This document shows positions 38,085 through 47,800 of a DNA stretch of 64,000 nucleotides, one piece after another. Numbering within the stretch: position 1 is the stretch's first letter; each line of letters begins with the position of its first letter. This DNA comes from a virus. The translations under genes and the position numbers were made by a program. The stretch is taken from the IMG/VR virus record IMGVR_UViG_3300026097_000011, positions 64,001 through 128,000 of that record. One strand, written 5' to 3'. The notes below the pieces were generated by a model. It ran no database searches and had not been told where the DNA came from. It worked only from the letters and a program-made list of their open reading frames with translations.

Positions 38085-38472
38085 CGGACATAGTTTCTAC
38101 TTTTCCTCTGATATCTCCACATTCAACGTCCCCAGATAGTGTGTTTACATTTCCAGAAATATTTCCATCGACTTTAAGATCACCTGATGTCGATTCTACG
38201 TCGCCATTAACATCGCCATGGACAACTACGTCTCCCGATGTGGTTTCTATTGTCCCATTGTTTCCAGTAATATTAAGGGACTGGCATGCAACCACATTTA
38301 AAGATTCTACATCACCTGTGATTTCTATTTTAAGATTATCATATTCATATGTATAATCTACTCCATCAACTGTTATTTTATTCTTTGAAATAGAAATTTT
38401 ATTTCCATTAACATCAGCTGTATTGAATTTAATTTGTGCCATTCCCTTTAATATATTTTTAATGAATTTCAT
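38041..38472 (-). CDS. Beta-solenoid repeat protein (DUF4097/bactofilin-like)
   Basis: Repeated (T)SGD(V/L/I) units with GDV/GNV. Confidence 0.7.
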   Translation of the reverse strand: MKFIKNILKGMAQIKFNTADVNGNKISISKNKITVDGVDYTYEYDNLKIEITGDVESLNVVACQSLNITGNNGTIETTSGDVVVHGDVNGDVESTSGDLKVDGNISGNVNTLSGDVECGDIRGKVETMSGDIDAKTIHGGISM

Positions 38473-38639
38473 TCCGAGTCCTTAGTTGATCTAATTTCCC
38501 ACTTGAATGGGTCTCTATTTCTCTGATACTGATCCATTACGTATTCAATATTACTCGTAGTAGTCTTGAATGTTTCAGTTGTTCCATTTTGATACGTGAT
38601 ATCTATCACATAAGATAATTCCATGTTCTCAGCTTCCAT
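38469..38639 (-). CDS. Small hypothetical protein (56 aa, not in ORF track)
   Basis: MEAENMELSYVIDITYQNG...MDQYQRNRDPFKWEIRSTKDSE; its TGA overlaps the next ATG. Confidence 0.6.
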   Translation of the reverse strand: MEAENMELSYVIDITYQNGTTETFKTTTSNIEYVMDQYQRNRDPFKWEIRSTKDSE

Positions 38640-38641
38640 AA

Positions 38642-38821
38642 TTATTGTAATTTTGATTCATCAAAGTCCTCAACTTGAATAACTGTTTTTGCCTCTTGGC
38701 ATTTTCCAGCTCGATAATATTTAGTCCAAATGTCTCCATTTTCTTCTCCTTCTCCCTTTAATATAAATAAGGCATCAGGATATTCTTTACTTATTTTAAT
38801 CATTTCTTCATGATGGTCATA
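38642..38821 (-). pseudogene. C-terminal remnant of a 'YDHEE..SK.YPD.LF.L.GEGEE.GD.W' family gene
   Basis: Frame reads YDHHEEMIKISKEYPDALFILKGEGEENGDIWTKYY..., in frame directly after the TAA of 38822-39226. Confidence 0.55.
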
Positions 38822-39226
38822 TTAGTATTTTCTTTCTTGATCAAATAATTTCCATATTCCTTCACCTTCATGTATTTCGTAGAATCCATGTTTATGCCAT
38901 CTTAAGACTCCAACTGGAGGATGTTTCTTAACATGGCCGTCTGATGTTGCACCTAACCATTTTTCAATTCGCATTGAAATCTTGGCACCAGTAACTGATC
39001 CAAGCATTGTTCCAACTGCATATGGAATAAACAAGGTCCAGCTCATGTCAGCTAAAATAAGTTCCCTAAATGTAAGGAACCAAATTGTATTTGAAAAGAA
39101 CGAAGCGATCAAATGATACTTCATATTGTCTCTATTGCGAGATCGAGATACTATCGAAAAACTAATATTTTGCAAAAATGCTAGTGTAAATATTGTTGAA
39201 ATCGCTATAATAAATGTAATACTCAT
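38822..39226 (-). CDS. Small membrane protein (three TM segments)
   Basis: Hydrophobic helices; SRSRNRDN loop. Confidence 0.7.
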   Translation of the reverse strand: MSITFIIAISTIFTLAFLQNISFSIVSRSRNRDNMKYHLIASFFSNTIWFLTFRELILADMSWTLFIPYAVGTMLGSVTGAKISMRIEKWLGATSDGHVKKHPPVGVLRWHKHGFYEIHEGEGIWKLFDQERKY

Positions 39227-39798
39227 GTTATCTTCTTCTTCTTTTTAAGTTCCCAGATAAATTTATTTCTAAAGTCGTTATCATCCCACCCGGGTATTAA
39301 TTCTCCAATGGTCTTAGGAGTATAATCTATTTGTTCCATAGATACACATATATATCTCTTATCTTGTTTCTTAAACCATCTACCGAATAAACCATGTGTT
39401 TCTACATTATATTCATGAATATGTCCGTGAATATTATAAGGAACTCTATATAGTAGTTCTCTAGAATGTATCGGAGCATGTGTTAGAAATATCTCTTTGT
39501 ACTTTGTCATTCCACCGATAGATTCTACATGTTTAAGTAGTTCATGGCAATGGCGTAACATATCATGATTTCCTCCAATTACTCTTTTGATTCCATTAAG
39601 ACGATCTAAATATTTATAGCCGCTTGTCTTTTCCATAGTTATATCTCCAAGAATATATGTAATATCCTTTTTTCTAACTACACTGTTCCATTTAGCTACA
39701 ATATGTTCATCATGCTCTTCAGCTGATGTAAATCCTCGTTTTATTGCCATATTCTCATGTTCAAAATGAGGATCTGCACAAATTCTTACTATGCTCAT
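39223..39798 (-). CDS. Calcineurin-like metallophosphoesterase
   Basis: DPHFEH, LGD, GNHD, THAP, HGHIH. Confidence 0.88.
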   Translation of the reverse strand: MSIVRICADPHFEHENMAIKRGFTSAEEHDEHIVAKWNSVVRKKDITYILGDITMEKTSGYKYLDRLNGIKRVIGGNHDMLRHCHELLKHVESIGGMTKYKEIFLTHAPIHSRELLYRVPYNIHGHIHEYNVETHGLFGRWFKKQDKRYICVSMEQIDYTPKTIGELIPGWDDNDFRNKFIWELKKKKKIT

Positions 39799-39847
39799 AT
39801 GTTTATATTATACTACTTTTATATAATTTTTTCCAAGTTAGTTTTAA

Positions 39848-39855
39848 ATAAATAA
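39848..39855 (+). promoter_or_regulatory. Late promoter ATAAATAA
   Basis: About 19 nt upstream of the ATG at 39874. Confidence 0.7.
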
Positions 39856-39873
39856 CTAAAAATACTGAGGACA

Positions 39874-41001
39874 ATGTCAAAGGTTTATAATTTCAGAGAG
39901 TGGGCTACGCGTATTAACGAACAAAATAATCAAGAGGGATTATCTTATAAGTCATATTCTACAGTGATGGCAGGAGCAACATCAAGTAAAACAACTAGTA
40001 AAAGTGCCATTTCTAAGTTTACAAAAATTTACAAAGTCAAAGATTCAGATAAAATAAGTAGCGAAAATGCTTTAAAGAAAGAACAAGGTGGAGCTGAATA
40101 TTATGTCGGAGATAAAACGGTAAAAGGAACAGATTATTTAAAAATTGGAGATGTTATATTAAATGGAGATTCTGGAAAGGCCGTTAATATAACTATATCA
40201 AGAGCTAAACTTCTTAAATCATCAATAGAAGCAAGTGGTAATGGAATATATGCTTTAGCTAGAGCTCTTAAAAATGCTAATAAGTTGGTTGCTGGTAAAA
40301 AATTAAGTACATCAAATCCTGATATTATAATAGTTCTTAATAAAGCAAATCCAAATATTTTTTATGGAAGTCTAAATACTGGGTTTCAAAGCTGCTTAGG
40401 AAAATGGAAAGGATCTGTAAAAGGATCAATGGTTGCATCAAAGGCTGCTAAGCCGCATGAAAATAATAACAAGCCAAACATGGCAGTTTATAGAAAAGTA
40501 GCTGCTGGGGATGGACCTATGAGTGGTGACAAATGGGCAGCTATGAAAATTAATAGAGACGCGACTCCTAATATAACTGGAGTAAAAGATATAAACGCTA
40601 CGATTAGACAACTTGCAGAATATAACAAAATTGACGCAACTTCGTTTATTGATAAAATTAAAGATAAGGAAATAGAAAGTTATGAAAAGTTAAAGCCTAT
40701 AATTGATGAGTTTATAGAAACCTTTTTAACTGCACATATTGAGAGAACCGCTGATAGATATAAAAAACATTTAGATAATCAAGCAAAGGAATCAGGGGTT
40801 CCTTCTGATGTTTTTTCAAAATTCTATAATGCTATAAATTCTTGGAAAACAGAAGAACTTAAAAAGAAAGATGATTATGTTAATGGAGCACATAGTGAAG
40901 CTAAAGGACTATTTACACCAGGATCATTTAGTGGATCTACATCAAGACCTGCTCTTAAATCTTCTGGTAAATCTATTAAAGGTCAAGAAGGAAAAATTTA
41001 A
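39874..41001 (+). CDS. Lys-rich late protein, putative internal head protein
   Basis: Single-gene late unit; N-terminus MSKVYNFREWATRINE. Confidence 0.6.
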   Translation: MSKVYNFREWATRINEQNNQEGLSYKSYSTVMAGATSSKTTSKSAISKFTKIYKVKDSDKISSENALKKEQGGAEYYVGDKTVKGTDYLKIGDVILNGDSGKAVNITISRAKLLKSSIEASGNGIYALARALKNANKLVAGKKLSTSNPDIIIVLNKANPNIFYGSLNTGFQSCLGKWKGSVKGSMVASKAAKPHENNNKPNMAVYRKVAAGDGPMSGDKWAAMKINRDATPNITGVKDINATIRQLAEYNKIDATSFIDKIKDKEIESYEKLKPIIDEFIETFLTAHIERTADRYKKHLDNQAKESGVPSDVFSKFYNAINSWKTEELKKKDDYVNGAHSEAKGLFTPGSFSGSTSRPALKSSGKSIKGQEGKI

Positions 41002-41005
41002 TCAT

Positions 41006-41035
41006 AAAAAAGCGATTCATATGAATCGCTTTTTT
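41006..41035. terminator. Bidirectional intrinsic terminator
   Basis: AAAAAAGCGATTC-atat-GAATCGCTTTTTT between convergent genes. Confidence 0.88.
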
Positions 41036-41050
41036 ATTTTACGTTAACTT

Positions 41051-41437
41051 TTAGTTTTTCCTAGGGTATATTATTTCGATTTCATCAAACTCTTTATTAT
41101 ACGAATAATAAAATCCAGATATTGTAGTCACTTTATCTTTAATACTCATAACGGATATATTTAATTGAATATCACCAAATGTATTGAGAACATCTTTTAC
41201 TGATCTACAATTAGACATGATAAAATCTAAACTATCAACTTGATCTTTATTAATAGTCATTGCTATGTATTCCCATTGGTCTAAATCATCTTGGTTTATA
41301 TTAAGAGTATCTACCATTTGATCATGGGATATTCTAACAAATTTTTCATTGTTGTCAATTTTAACTCCATGATCATAGCTCTGTGAGAATCCGATTACCG
41401 GTAGAATAAGTAATAGTGCAATTATTAAATTTTTCAT
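41051..41437 (-). CDS. Secreted hypothetical protein
   Basis: Signal peptide MKNLIIALLLILPVIGFSQ. Confidence 0.7.
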   Translation of the reverse strand: MKNLIIALLLILPVIGFSQSYDHGVKIDNNEKFVRISHDQMVDTLNINQDDLDQWEYIAMTINKDQVDSLDFIMSNCRSVKDVLNTFGDIQLNISVMSIKDKVTTISGFYYSYNKEFDEIEIIYPRKN

Positions 41438-41495
41438 TGGATGTATTTTTAATTGGTTATATATTTAATATACTACATATTACTGCATTATTAAA

Positions 41496-41587
41496 TTACC
41501 AAGATCCAGATGATCCTCCACCTCCATTCATTCCTCCGAATAATAGAAGGGCTCCGATAATTAGTAATACGATTGTGCCTTTTTCAT
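41496..41587 (-). pseudogene. Frameshifted mini membrane gene ending GGGGSSGSW
   Basis: ATG followed by A5; adding one A gives MKKGTIVLLIIGALLLFGGMNGGGGSSGSW*. Confidence 0.45.
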
Positions 41588-41781
41588 TTTTTTGGTTTTA
41601 GTGAATTTAATTTTGCTTCTTTATGGTATTTCTTTAATTCAATATACCCGAATGTGTCTTCAAATTTTTTATAGTACAATTCTATATATTTTAAAGTTAC
41701 ATTGAAGTGGTCTAATGATTCACATGAATCTATCATATCAATCACCTTGTTTTTGGTTGCAAGTTGTTTAATTATTTCCAT
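41584..41781 (-). CDS. Small hypothetical protein
   Basis: 65 aa; IDSC....HF....YIELYYKKF. Confidence 0.6.
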   Translation of the reverse strand: MEIIKQLATKNKVIDMIDSCESLDHFNVTLKYIELYYKKFEDTFGYIELKKYHKEAKLNSLKPKK

Positions 41782-41787
41782 GGTTTT

Positions 41788-42135
41788 TCATAATGATAAT
41801 AGATTAGTCCACTCTGTATCAGGTGGCATAATTGTTACTTCTACATTTACTTTACTTGCATGTTCTATAATAGCGGTTAACATGTTTGATGTGTACATTG
41901 GGCCTCCTCCGTACTTTCCTTTTGCACATCGGTATTTAGATCCAGACTGACCTATAAACATAATTGATTCTTCGTCTTCTTCAATTGACGTTATTCCACT
42001 GTTTAGTTTCCATCTATCACTATCTAAATATCCTCCATACCATGTGGCAAATACTTTATAAAATAATTCGTCCTCATTTCCGTTATCGAACCTAAGTACT
42101 AGCCATTCATTAGGGTTTTCTGTAAAAGTATTCAT
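41788..42135 (-). CDS. T4-like phage hypothetical protein
   Basis: P..W, YKVFATWYGGYLDSDRWKLNSGI, F.G.SGS.Y.C. Confidence 0.75.
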   Translation of the reverse strand: MNTFTENPNEWLVLRFDNGNEDELFYKVFATWYGGYLDSDRWKLNSGITSIEEDEESIMFIGQSGSKYRCAKGKYGGGPMYTSNMLTAIIEHASKVNVEVTIMPPDTEWTNLLSL

Positions 42136-42554
42136 ATTGATGATTTTATTCTTTCTCTTAATTCAGTACTTGAAAAATGATGATTTCTTTCGTTATAGTA
42201 AATATCAATGTTTCTATATTCACAAAGTTCCTTTGCTGTAAAGTTTTTTTCTAGATAATCACTTCCAATAATTCTAATATCCAACTTAAACGTTAAAAAT
42301 ATTTCCATTAATTCTTCTTCGGTTTGATATGGAATTATTTCGTCTACATATTTACACCCGCTTAATTGAATATACCTTTCAACTAGTGATTGTATTGGTT
42401 TATTTTTATCAGGACGGTCTAATGTAGGATCAGTATGTAAAGCAACTATGAGGTAATCACATTGATCCTTTGCTTCTTGTAACATTTTTACATGACCTGC
42501 ATGAAACATATCAAAACTAGAACATGTTATTCCGATTTTATTTTTACTCTTCAT
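42132..42554 (-). CDS. Cytidylyltransferase (TagD/glycerol-3-phosphate CTase-like)
   Basis: SSFDMFHAGH (HxGH), CKYVDE, GSDY, R.H.FSSTELR. Confidence 0.88.
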   Translation of the reverse strand: MKSKNKIGITCSSFDMFHAGHVKMLQEAKDQCDYLIVALHTDPTLDRPDKNKPIQSLVERYIQLSGCKYVDEIIPYQTEEELMEIFLTFKLDIRIIGSDYLEKNFTAKELCEYRNIDIYYNERNHHFSSTELRERIKSSI

Positions 42555-42565
42555 TTTTATCCTAT

Positions 42566-42871
42566 TTATATTTTCCCACTTGAACTTCCTTCTCTTAATT
42601 TATTAGCTAACATTTCTAGAGTATCTTTAACTATTTGATTTCTCTTAAATGGCTTTCCTATTATTAATAGAGTTCTCAACATTCCTCTATCATTTTCTTT
42701 TAAAAAACCTTTTAAGTATTCATTAAATTTTTCTAATGATTCACTACTTGGCTCAGGGGATGCTTTAAAAGAAAATACGTCTAAATGTTTTTCACCTTTC
42801 AAAATATTTACACAATCTTCATAAACTTTATTATAATTAATAATTCGTTTTTGTGATTCTTTACTATTCAT
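42566..42871 (-). CDS. Hypothetical protein (start reassigned to MNSKESQK)
   Basis: ATG at 42871 overlaps the end of the upstream TAG-interrupted ORF. Confidence 0.55.
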   Translation of the reverse strand: MNSKESQKRIINYNKVYEDCVNILKGEKHLDVFSFKASPEPSSESLEKFNEYLKGFLKENDRGMLRTLLIIGKPFKRNQIVKDTLEMLANKLREGSSSGKI

Positions 42872-43031
42872 TTTTAATTTGTTTTTGGCCTTCTTGTCGT
42901 TCTGTTTTATGTAAAAATCTCTTAAATGCTTTATTAGTCCTGCTATTGGGCGACACCGAATGCCCACGGAAAGGTCTTTTACCCCACTATTCTCTTCCTC
43001 TTCTCTTATTTGCGTTCTGACCGTGTGCCAT
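42864..43031 (-). pseudogene. Small basic gene with an in-frame TAG
   Basis: MAHGQNANKRRGRE*WGKRPFRGHSVSPNSRTNKAFKRFLHKTERQEGQKQIKNE; TAG at 42989-42987. Confidence 0.55.
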
Positions 43032-43182
43032 TTTCTAATTCTTTTTCTAAATCAATTGCAGCCGTTTTTCGTTGAAGTGTTTTATGTTGATGCCCAGCTT
43101 CTCCGTAACCCATCTTTTGAGTTCCAACTCCACCTTTATTAGATTTCACTCTCTTTTTTCTCTGTTTCTTCGTTTTCGGCAT
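43006..43182 (-). CDS. Small basic hypothetical protein (58 aa, not in ORF track)
   Basis: MPKTKKQRKKRVKSNKGGVG...; overlaps flanking genes in operon fashion. Confidence 0.5.
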   Translation of the reverse strand: MPKTKKQRKKRVKSNKGGVGTQKMGYGEAGHQHKTLQRKTAAIDLEKELENGTRSERK

Positions 43183-43441
43183 CTTCTTTTTTATTTATTT
43201 TTTCAGCTAATCTAAGAACTCGATACCATGCAATTGGAGTTTTCATTTTAATCTCTCCAGCTTCACCGTCTTCATTCCATACTTTAATAGCTTCATCGGC
43301 GACTGCTTTCAATTCAGCTTTATCTTCTTCGATTTTAGTCTTAAGAGTATTCATGATGTCTATTGCTTTAGCATCTAAAAAACTAGAACCCCAGTTTATC
43401 TTGCTAAATAAGTAATCGATATCGTCGTTTAGATTTGACAT
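43139..43441 (-). CDS. Hypothetical protein
   Basis: First gene of the leftward operon; FSKINWGSSFLDAKAI module. Confidence 0.6.
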   Translation of the reverse strand: MSNLNDDIDYLFSKINWGSSFLDAKAIDIMNTLKTKIEEDKAELKAVADEAIKVWNEDGEAGEIKMKTPIAWYRVLRLAEKINKKEDAENEETEKKESEI

Positions 43442-43467
43442 GTTATTATTTTTTAATATTCATCTAT

Positions 43468-43494
43468 ATATTACTTAATAAAATATCAGAGTTT
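43468..43494 (-). promoter_or_regulatory. Pre-late promoter AAAC-N16-GTAATAT
   Basis: Minus strand aaac-tctgatattttattaa-gtaatat. Confidence 0.55.
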
Positions 43495-43669
43495 CATTTG
43501 GGAAATTTTTTGGGGGTCACTCTTCGCGCTACTCTATAGTACCTCTTTATACTAAGGTAGAGTTAAAGTAAAGATAAAGAATACTAAGTAATATCCCACC
43601 CTCCTACCCTATTTTTACTATGTTATTTTGAAAGGTTTTAAAAAAAGAGATAAATAATTATATTAATTA

Positions 43670-43697
43670 AAACTTTTTGTTTATATTAAAGTATAAG
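43670..43697 (+). promoter_or_regulatory. Pre-late promoter AAAC-N17-GTATAAG upstream of the resolvase and sigma genes
   Basis: aaac-tttttgtttatattaaa-gtataag. Confidence 0.6.
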
Positions 43698-43721
43698 CTA
43701 ATATAAAATAGTCCCCAATGA

Positions 43722-44393
43722 ATGACAATAATATCCATAGATTTCTCAGTTCTTTACCCTGGAGTATGTATATGTAAAGATTTTAAAGAATACCAATGGG
43801 TTTCCGTTGTCAATTCTAATACGACTAAAAAACATAGGGCTAATTTAGAAGACCTTGTTTTAAAATATCCTTCGATACATTTATCCTACACAGAGTCAAA
43901 AAGACGTAAAGATGAACAATATCATGTTACAGAAAGGATAAAACTTCACAATTACTTAGAAGCTACAAATCTTTTAATTTCTCAATTAAATGACGTAGTT
44001 GATAAAACAGATGACCTTCTTATAGCGATTGAAGGTATCTCATTTGGATCTAAAGGTAATGCTTTAGTCGACATATCTCAAGCCACCGGTATCATTAAAA
44101 ATAAATTAGTCGACACATTTCTTAACGGAGATGTAAGTCGATTTTTTGTATTTAGCCCCGGGGAATTGAAAAATGCGATCGGCTGTAAAGGTAACGCACC
44201 GAAAGGAGATATATTCACCGCTTTTAAAGAAGAACCGCTTTTAGACTCAGTTAAAGAGTCTGACCTTCATAAAGCAGTCTTAGAAGAAGACTGGATAACT
44301 ACAAATAAAAGCGATATTGTTTCTCCTATTATGGATATGATTGATGCGTATTTAGGTGTAGTTAAGATACACAACATACTCGATCAAAAATAA
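43722..44393 (+). CDS. RuvC-like Holliday junction resolvase
   Basis: SIDFS, IEGISFGS.G, PGELK...G.KGNA.K, DMIDAY. Confidence 0.8.
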   Translation: MTIISIDFSVLYPGVCICKDFKEYQWVSVVNSNTTKKHRANLEDLVLKYPSIHLSYTESKRRKDEQYHVTERIKLHNYLEATNLLISQLNDVVDKTDDLLIAIEGISFGSKGNALVDISQATGIIKNKLVDTFLNGDVSRFFVFSPGELKNAIGCKGNAPKGDIFTAFKEEPLLDSVKESDLHKAVLEEDWITTNKSDIVSPIMDMIDAYLGVVKIHNILDQK

Positions 44394-44403
44394 TACAAAT
44401 AGG

Positions 44404-44817
44404 ATGAGTAATCAACCAAGAAAGAGAAAAAAAAGAGGTGACAAACATTATGTAAATAATAAAGAGTTCACCGCAGAAATTATTAAATGTAAAAAAACTG
44501 ACGAGCTATCTAAATTCGCAATTTCTTGTTTTGTAGCACTAGCTAACAGAGCAGTAAATAAAATGTATTATGGAGATTATAGAGATAGAGAAGATTGTAT
44601 TCAATCAGCCTTACTAGACTGTCTTAAATACTGGAGAGGATTTGATCCCGCTAAAGCTGAAGTACCTAATGCATTTGCATATTTTACTCAAGTGTGTAAA
44701 AATGGATACGCTAAGCAATGGAAAGCAATTCATAAGAAAACTGGATTACAAGACGATGAGCCATTGGATTTTATATCTTTGAGTACATCAGGTGATGGAG
44801 CTATTTACAGCATCTAA
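44404..44817 (+). CDS. Late-transcription sigma factor (T4 gp55-like)
   Basis: HYVNNKEF, REDCIQ.A..DCLKY..FDP, NAFAYFTQ. Confidence 0.85.
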   Translation: MSNQPRKRKKRGDKHYVNNKEFTAEIIKCKKTDELSKFAISCFVALANRAVNKMYYGDYRDREDCIQSALLDCLKYWRGFDPAKAEVPNAFAYFTQVCKNGYAKQWKAIHKKTGLQDDEPLDFISLSTSGDGAIYSI

Positions 44818-44819
44818 TG

Positions 44820-44827
44820 ATAAATAA
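44820..44827 (+). promoter_or_regulatory. Late promoter ATAAATAA
   Basis: About 20 nt upstream of the ATG at 44847. Confidence 0.7.
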
Positions 44828-44846
44828 TATAAACTAAATCACTATA

Positions 44847-47800
44847 ATGGTAGTTCAAAATCTTAATTTCTTCGATAAGTTTGGTAAGAACATGAATCTT
44901 GACTGGAATACAGATCGAGAGTTATGGGAGGGAACTATTTATTTCCCAGAAATATCAACGTTTGTATATGATAATGAAAACATATTTATACTAGAGGATG
45001 ATAATGGAGATTATAAATTTCCAGTAATAAATCCCGGTACTGCTCTTAAATTCGAATGGATAGACAATGAAATTGAAGACGAACTAATATTATATGAAGT
45101 TGAAAAAGATTACGATCTAAATAACTTTTTCATAAACAAGAAAGATTCAATTGAAGTTTCATATGACGATTTAATTCCAGTTTCTGGAGGATCATCTATA
45201 GATATAAAACTTCCACTTCAAATTAATGTAGCGTTCAATCCAACTAATGAGATTAGATATGAAAGAATTTTATGTATGTTCTCAGTTGATCAAAATACTG
45301 GTGAAAAGACAAAAATTGCTGAATTAAGGTTTTATGGCGAAGGGGTTACAGAAGATGAAAGATTTGGAGTATGGGCTAGAAACTTTGGAATTAAATTCAA
45401 TAAAGAAGATGCAAACATACTAAAAGATTACGATATAAAAGAGGCATACCCAGATTGGACCCAATTGAATATGGCTCGTAAAAATCTATTGGTAAATAAA
45501 GACCAAGTATATCCGTATATTGGGACATATAAGGGACTTAATAATTTTGTAAATATTCTTGGATATAAAGATGTACTTGGTATTAAAGAGTACTGGACTA
45601 ATATCAATAAGAAATCTCCATACTATGATAAACAATTCATGGTTGATATAACAGATTACCTAGATGACGGTAAAATTGATGAGGTGAATATCTTAGATAA
45701 GAATCGTAAAATTAAGCATGGAAAACAATTTAGAAAAACGGAATGCCTTGCTCTAGTTTATCAATTTACACAAGCTACGGATAACTTCGATGATGATGGA
45801 ATTCCTGAAGTTGAAGAAACCACAGAATTTACAGTTGATGAAATTTTCTATAAACTAAATAGATTACGAGATAAGGTTGAAACTGAATTTTTACCAATAA
45901 ATGTAAAGATTAAAGATATAATAGGTGAGTTCATATATTTTCAAAAGATAACTATAAAATTCTGGCCAGATGATACTAAGATATTTGACTATGATCTTAA
46001 TGAGTACTCGGAATTACAAGTATATCCTGATAAAAATGTAGACTTTAAAATTAGGTCTCTTGTTCCGCTTCTAAGAAAGGAGCATCCTAATGGAGCGACA
46101 TTCGGACGCGTTATATTTAATAATGGTGTTCAAAATCCATTTGAACACAGCCAAAAATATTCACCATCTGATATTCCTCAAATGGTGGATTACATAACTG
46201 AATTCTATGATAGAACAAAGGAGATGCAATTTCCAGATATAGGTAAACGATTATTATGGGAAGAGGGCGATGATCCTGAAATGATTATTGGAGCAGCGTG
46301 TGTTTTCAATATATACAATGAGAAATTCACATTCGAAACTTTCAAAGGGGTTACATTTGAGGACTTAGAATCAATGGGATCATATGACCCATATTATACT
46401 CTTGAAAACTTAGATTTCAAAAACTTTTATGAAATAACATGGAGAATTACAAAAGACGCTCCTAATCCATATTCATTTGAATACAGAGGAAAAATAGAGG
46501 ACCTATGGCAACTCCCACATTTTCTACCATATCATGGAACATATAGACTAACGGTAGAGCTACATGACTTCTATGGAAATTCAAATGCATATAGTAAATT
46601 CATAACTGTTCAAAGTGATCAAGTTGCTCACGTTGTAGCAGTAACAAGACTAGAAGATAAATTTAACTATCAATTAGATAATTTAGATAATGTTCAATTG
46701 AAAGATTTTGGGACAAGTCCTAATTATTTTCCAAGAGTTTCAGTATTAGATAATGAGGAAGCAATAAGTGAAGTCGATATTGATAAACAATTACTTCAAT
46801 TTGCATGGTATTATAAAAACAGATATGGAATGGGTCAAAATCTATATGATGTAGAAATATTTAATGAAGGAACTGGAACTTATGTTCCATATAAAGACCC
46901 CTCACAAAATCATCCAAAGAAATTATACTGGGGATTAGGAGAAAATAATGAGCCTATTAAACTTCAAGATTTCAAAGGCATGACAATGAAGTCTCTATTC
47001 TTTATGAGGCTTTCTGATCTAATTTACGTAGATGACTTTAATGCTGGATTCTATTTAAGAAATCCTACACCTGGAAAAGTTATTCAAATTTCGTTGTTTA
47101 CACCATATGAAATTCCTCAGTTTACTGACTTAGATGATTTAATTAATCAATTAAATGCAAGTGAACATCCTGGAATTAAGTTATTTAACTATGAAATAAT
47201 CAATGGTAGAAAATCAGATGATCAATATATAGTACATGCACAAGCAGAATATTTGAGTAAGGAAATGTATCATATTTTAATGGACGATGGAATTAATACT
47301 GGAAGTCCTAAAACGAGTCCTCAAACTTCAAGTCCTGGATCAGGATTATCAGATGTTGATAAGTATACATTCTTCTTACCTCTTGAGATTTATTCAAAGA
47401 GATTAATGAGCTATCTAAAATCTACATATCCAATATTAGACGATGAAACTATGTTCCTATTTGCTAAAACTTCTGATATAATAAGTGGAGCTGTACAAGA
47501 TCCTAGCTTTTGGGTAGATAAGGAATATTGGAAATTTGAAAACAATAAACAAATAGGATATCTTCCTACTTTAATGGATCAAAACTCTTTCAATATAAAT
47601 GATATAAAAGTATATGAGTCTTCTTTTAATGTGCCTGAAAATACTCCAGTTTTTCTAAGTGTTAATAACATAGATGGAAAGCTAGAATATATATGGACGT
47701 TAACTAATTTAGATACACTTGAAGAAGTAAAAGTAAGATCAGTTCCATTCTTTGCATGGAAATTTAAAGATCTAGGAAGATTTACAATTCATGTTGAGAT

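Noticed and set aside
42872-42967. N-terminal extension of ORF 42566-42967 from a GTG start
   Set aside because: This stretch is better explained by the overlapping TAG-interrupted gene; the ATG at 42871 is the more plausible start
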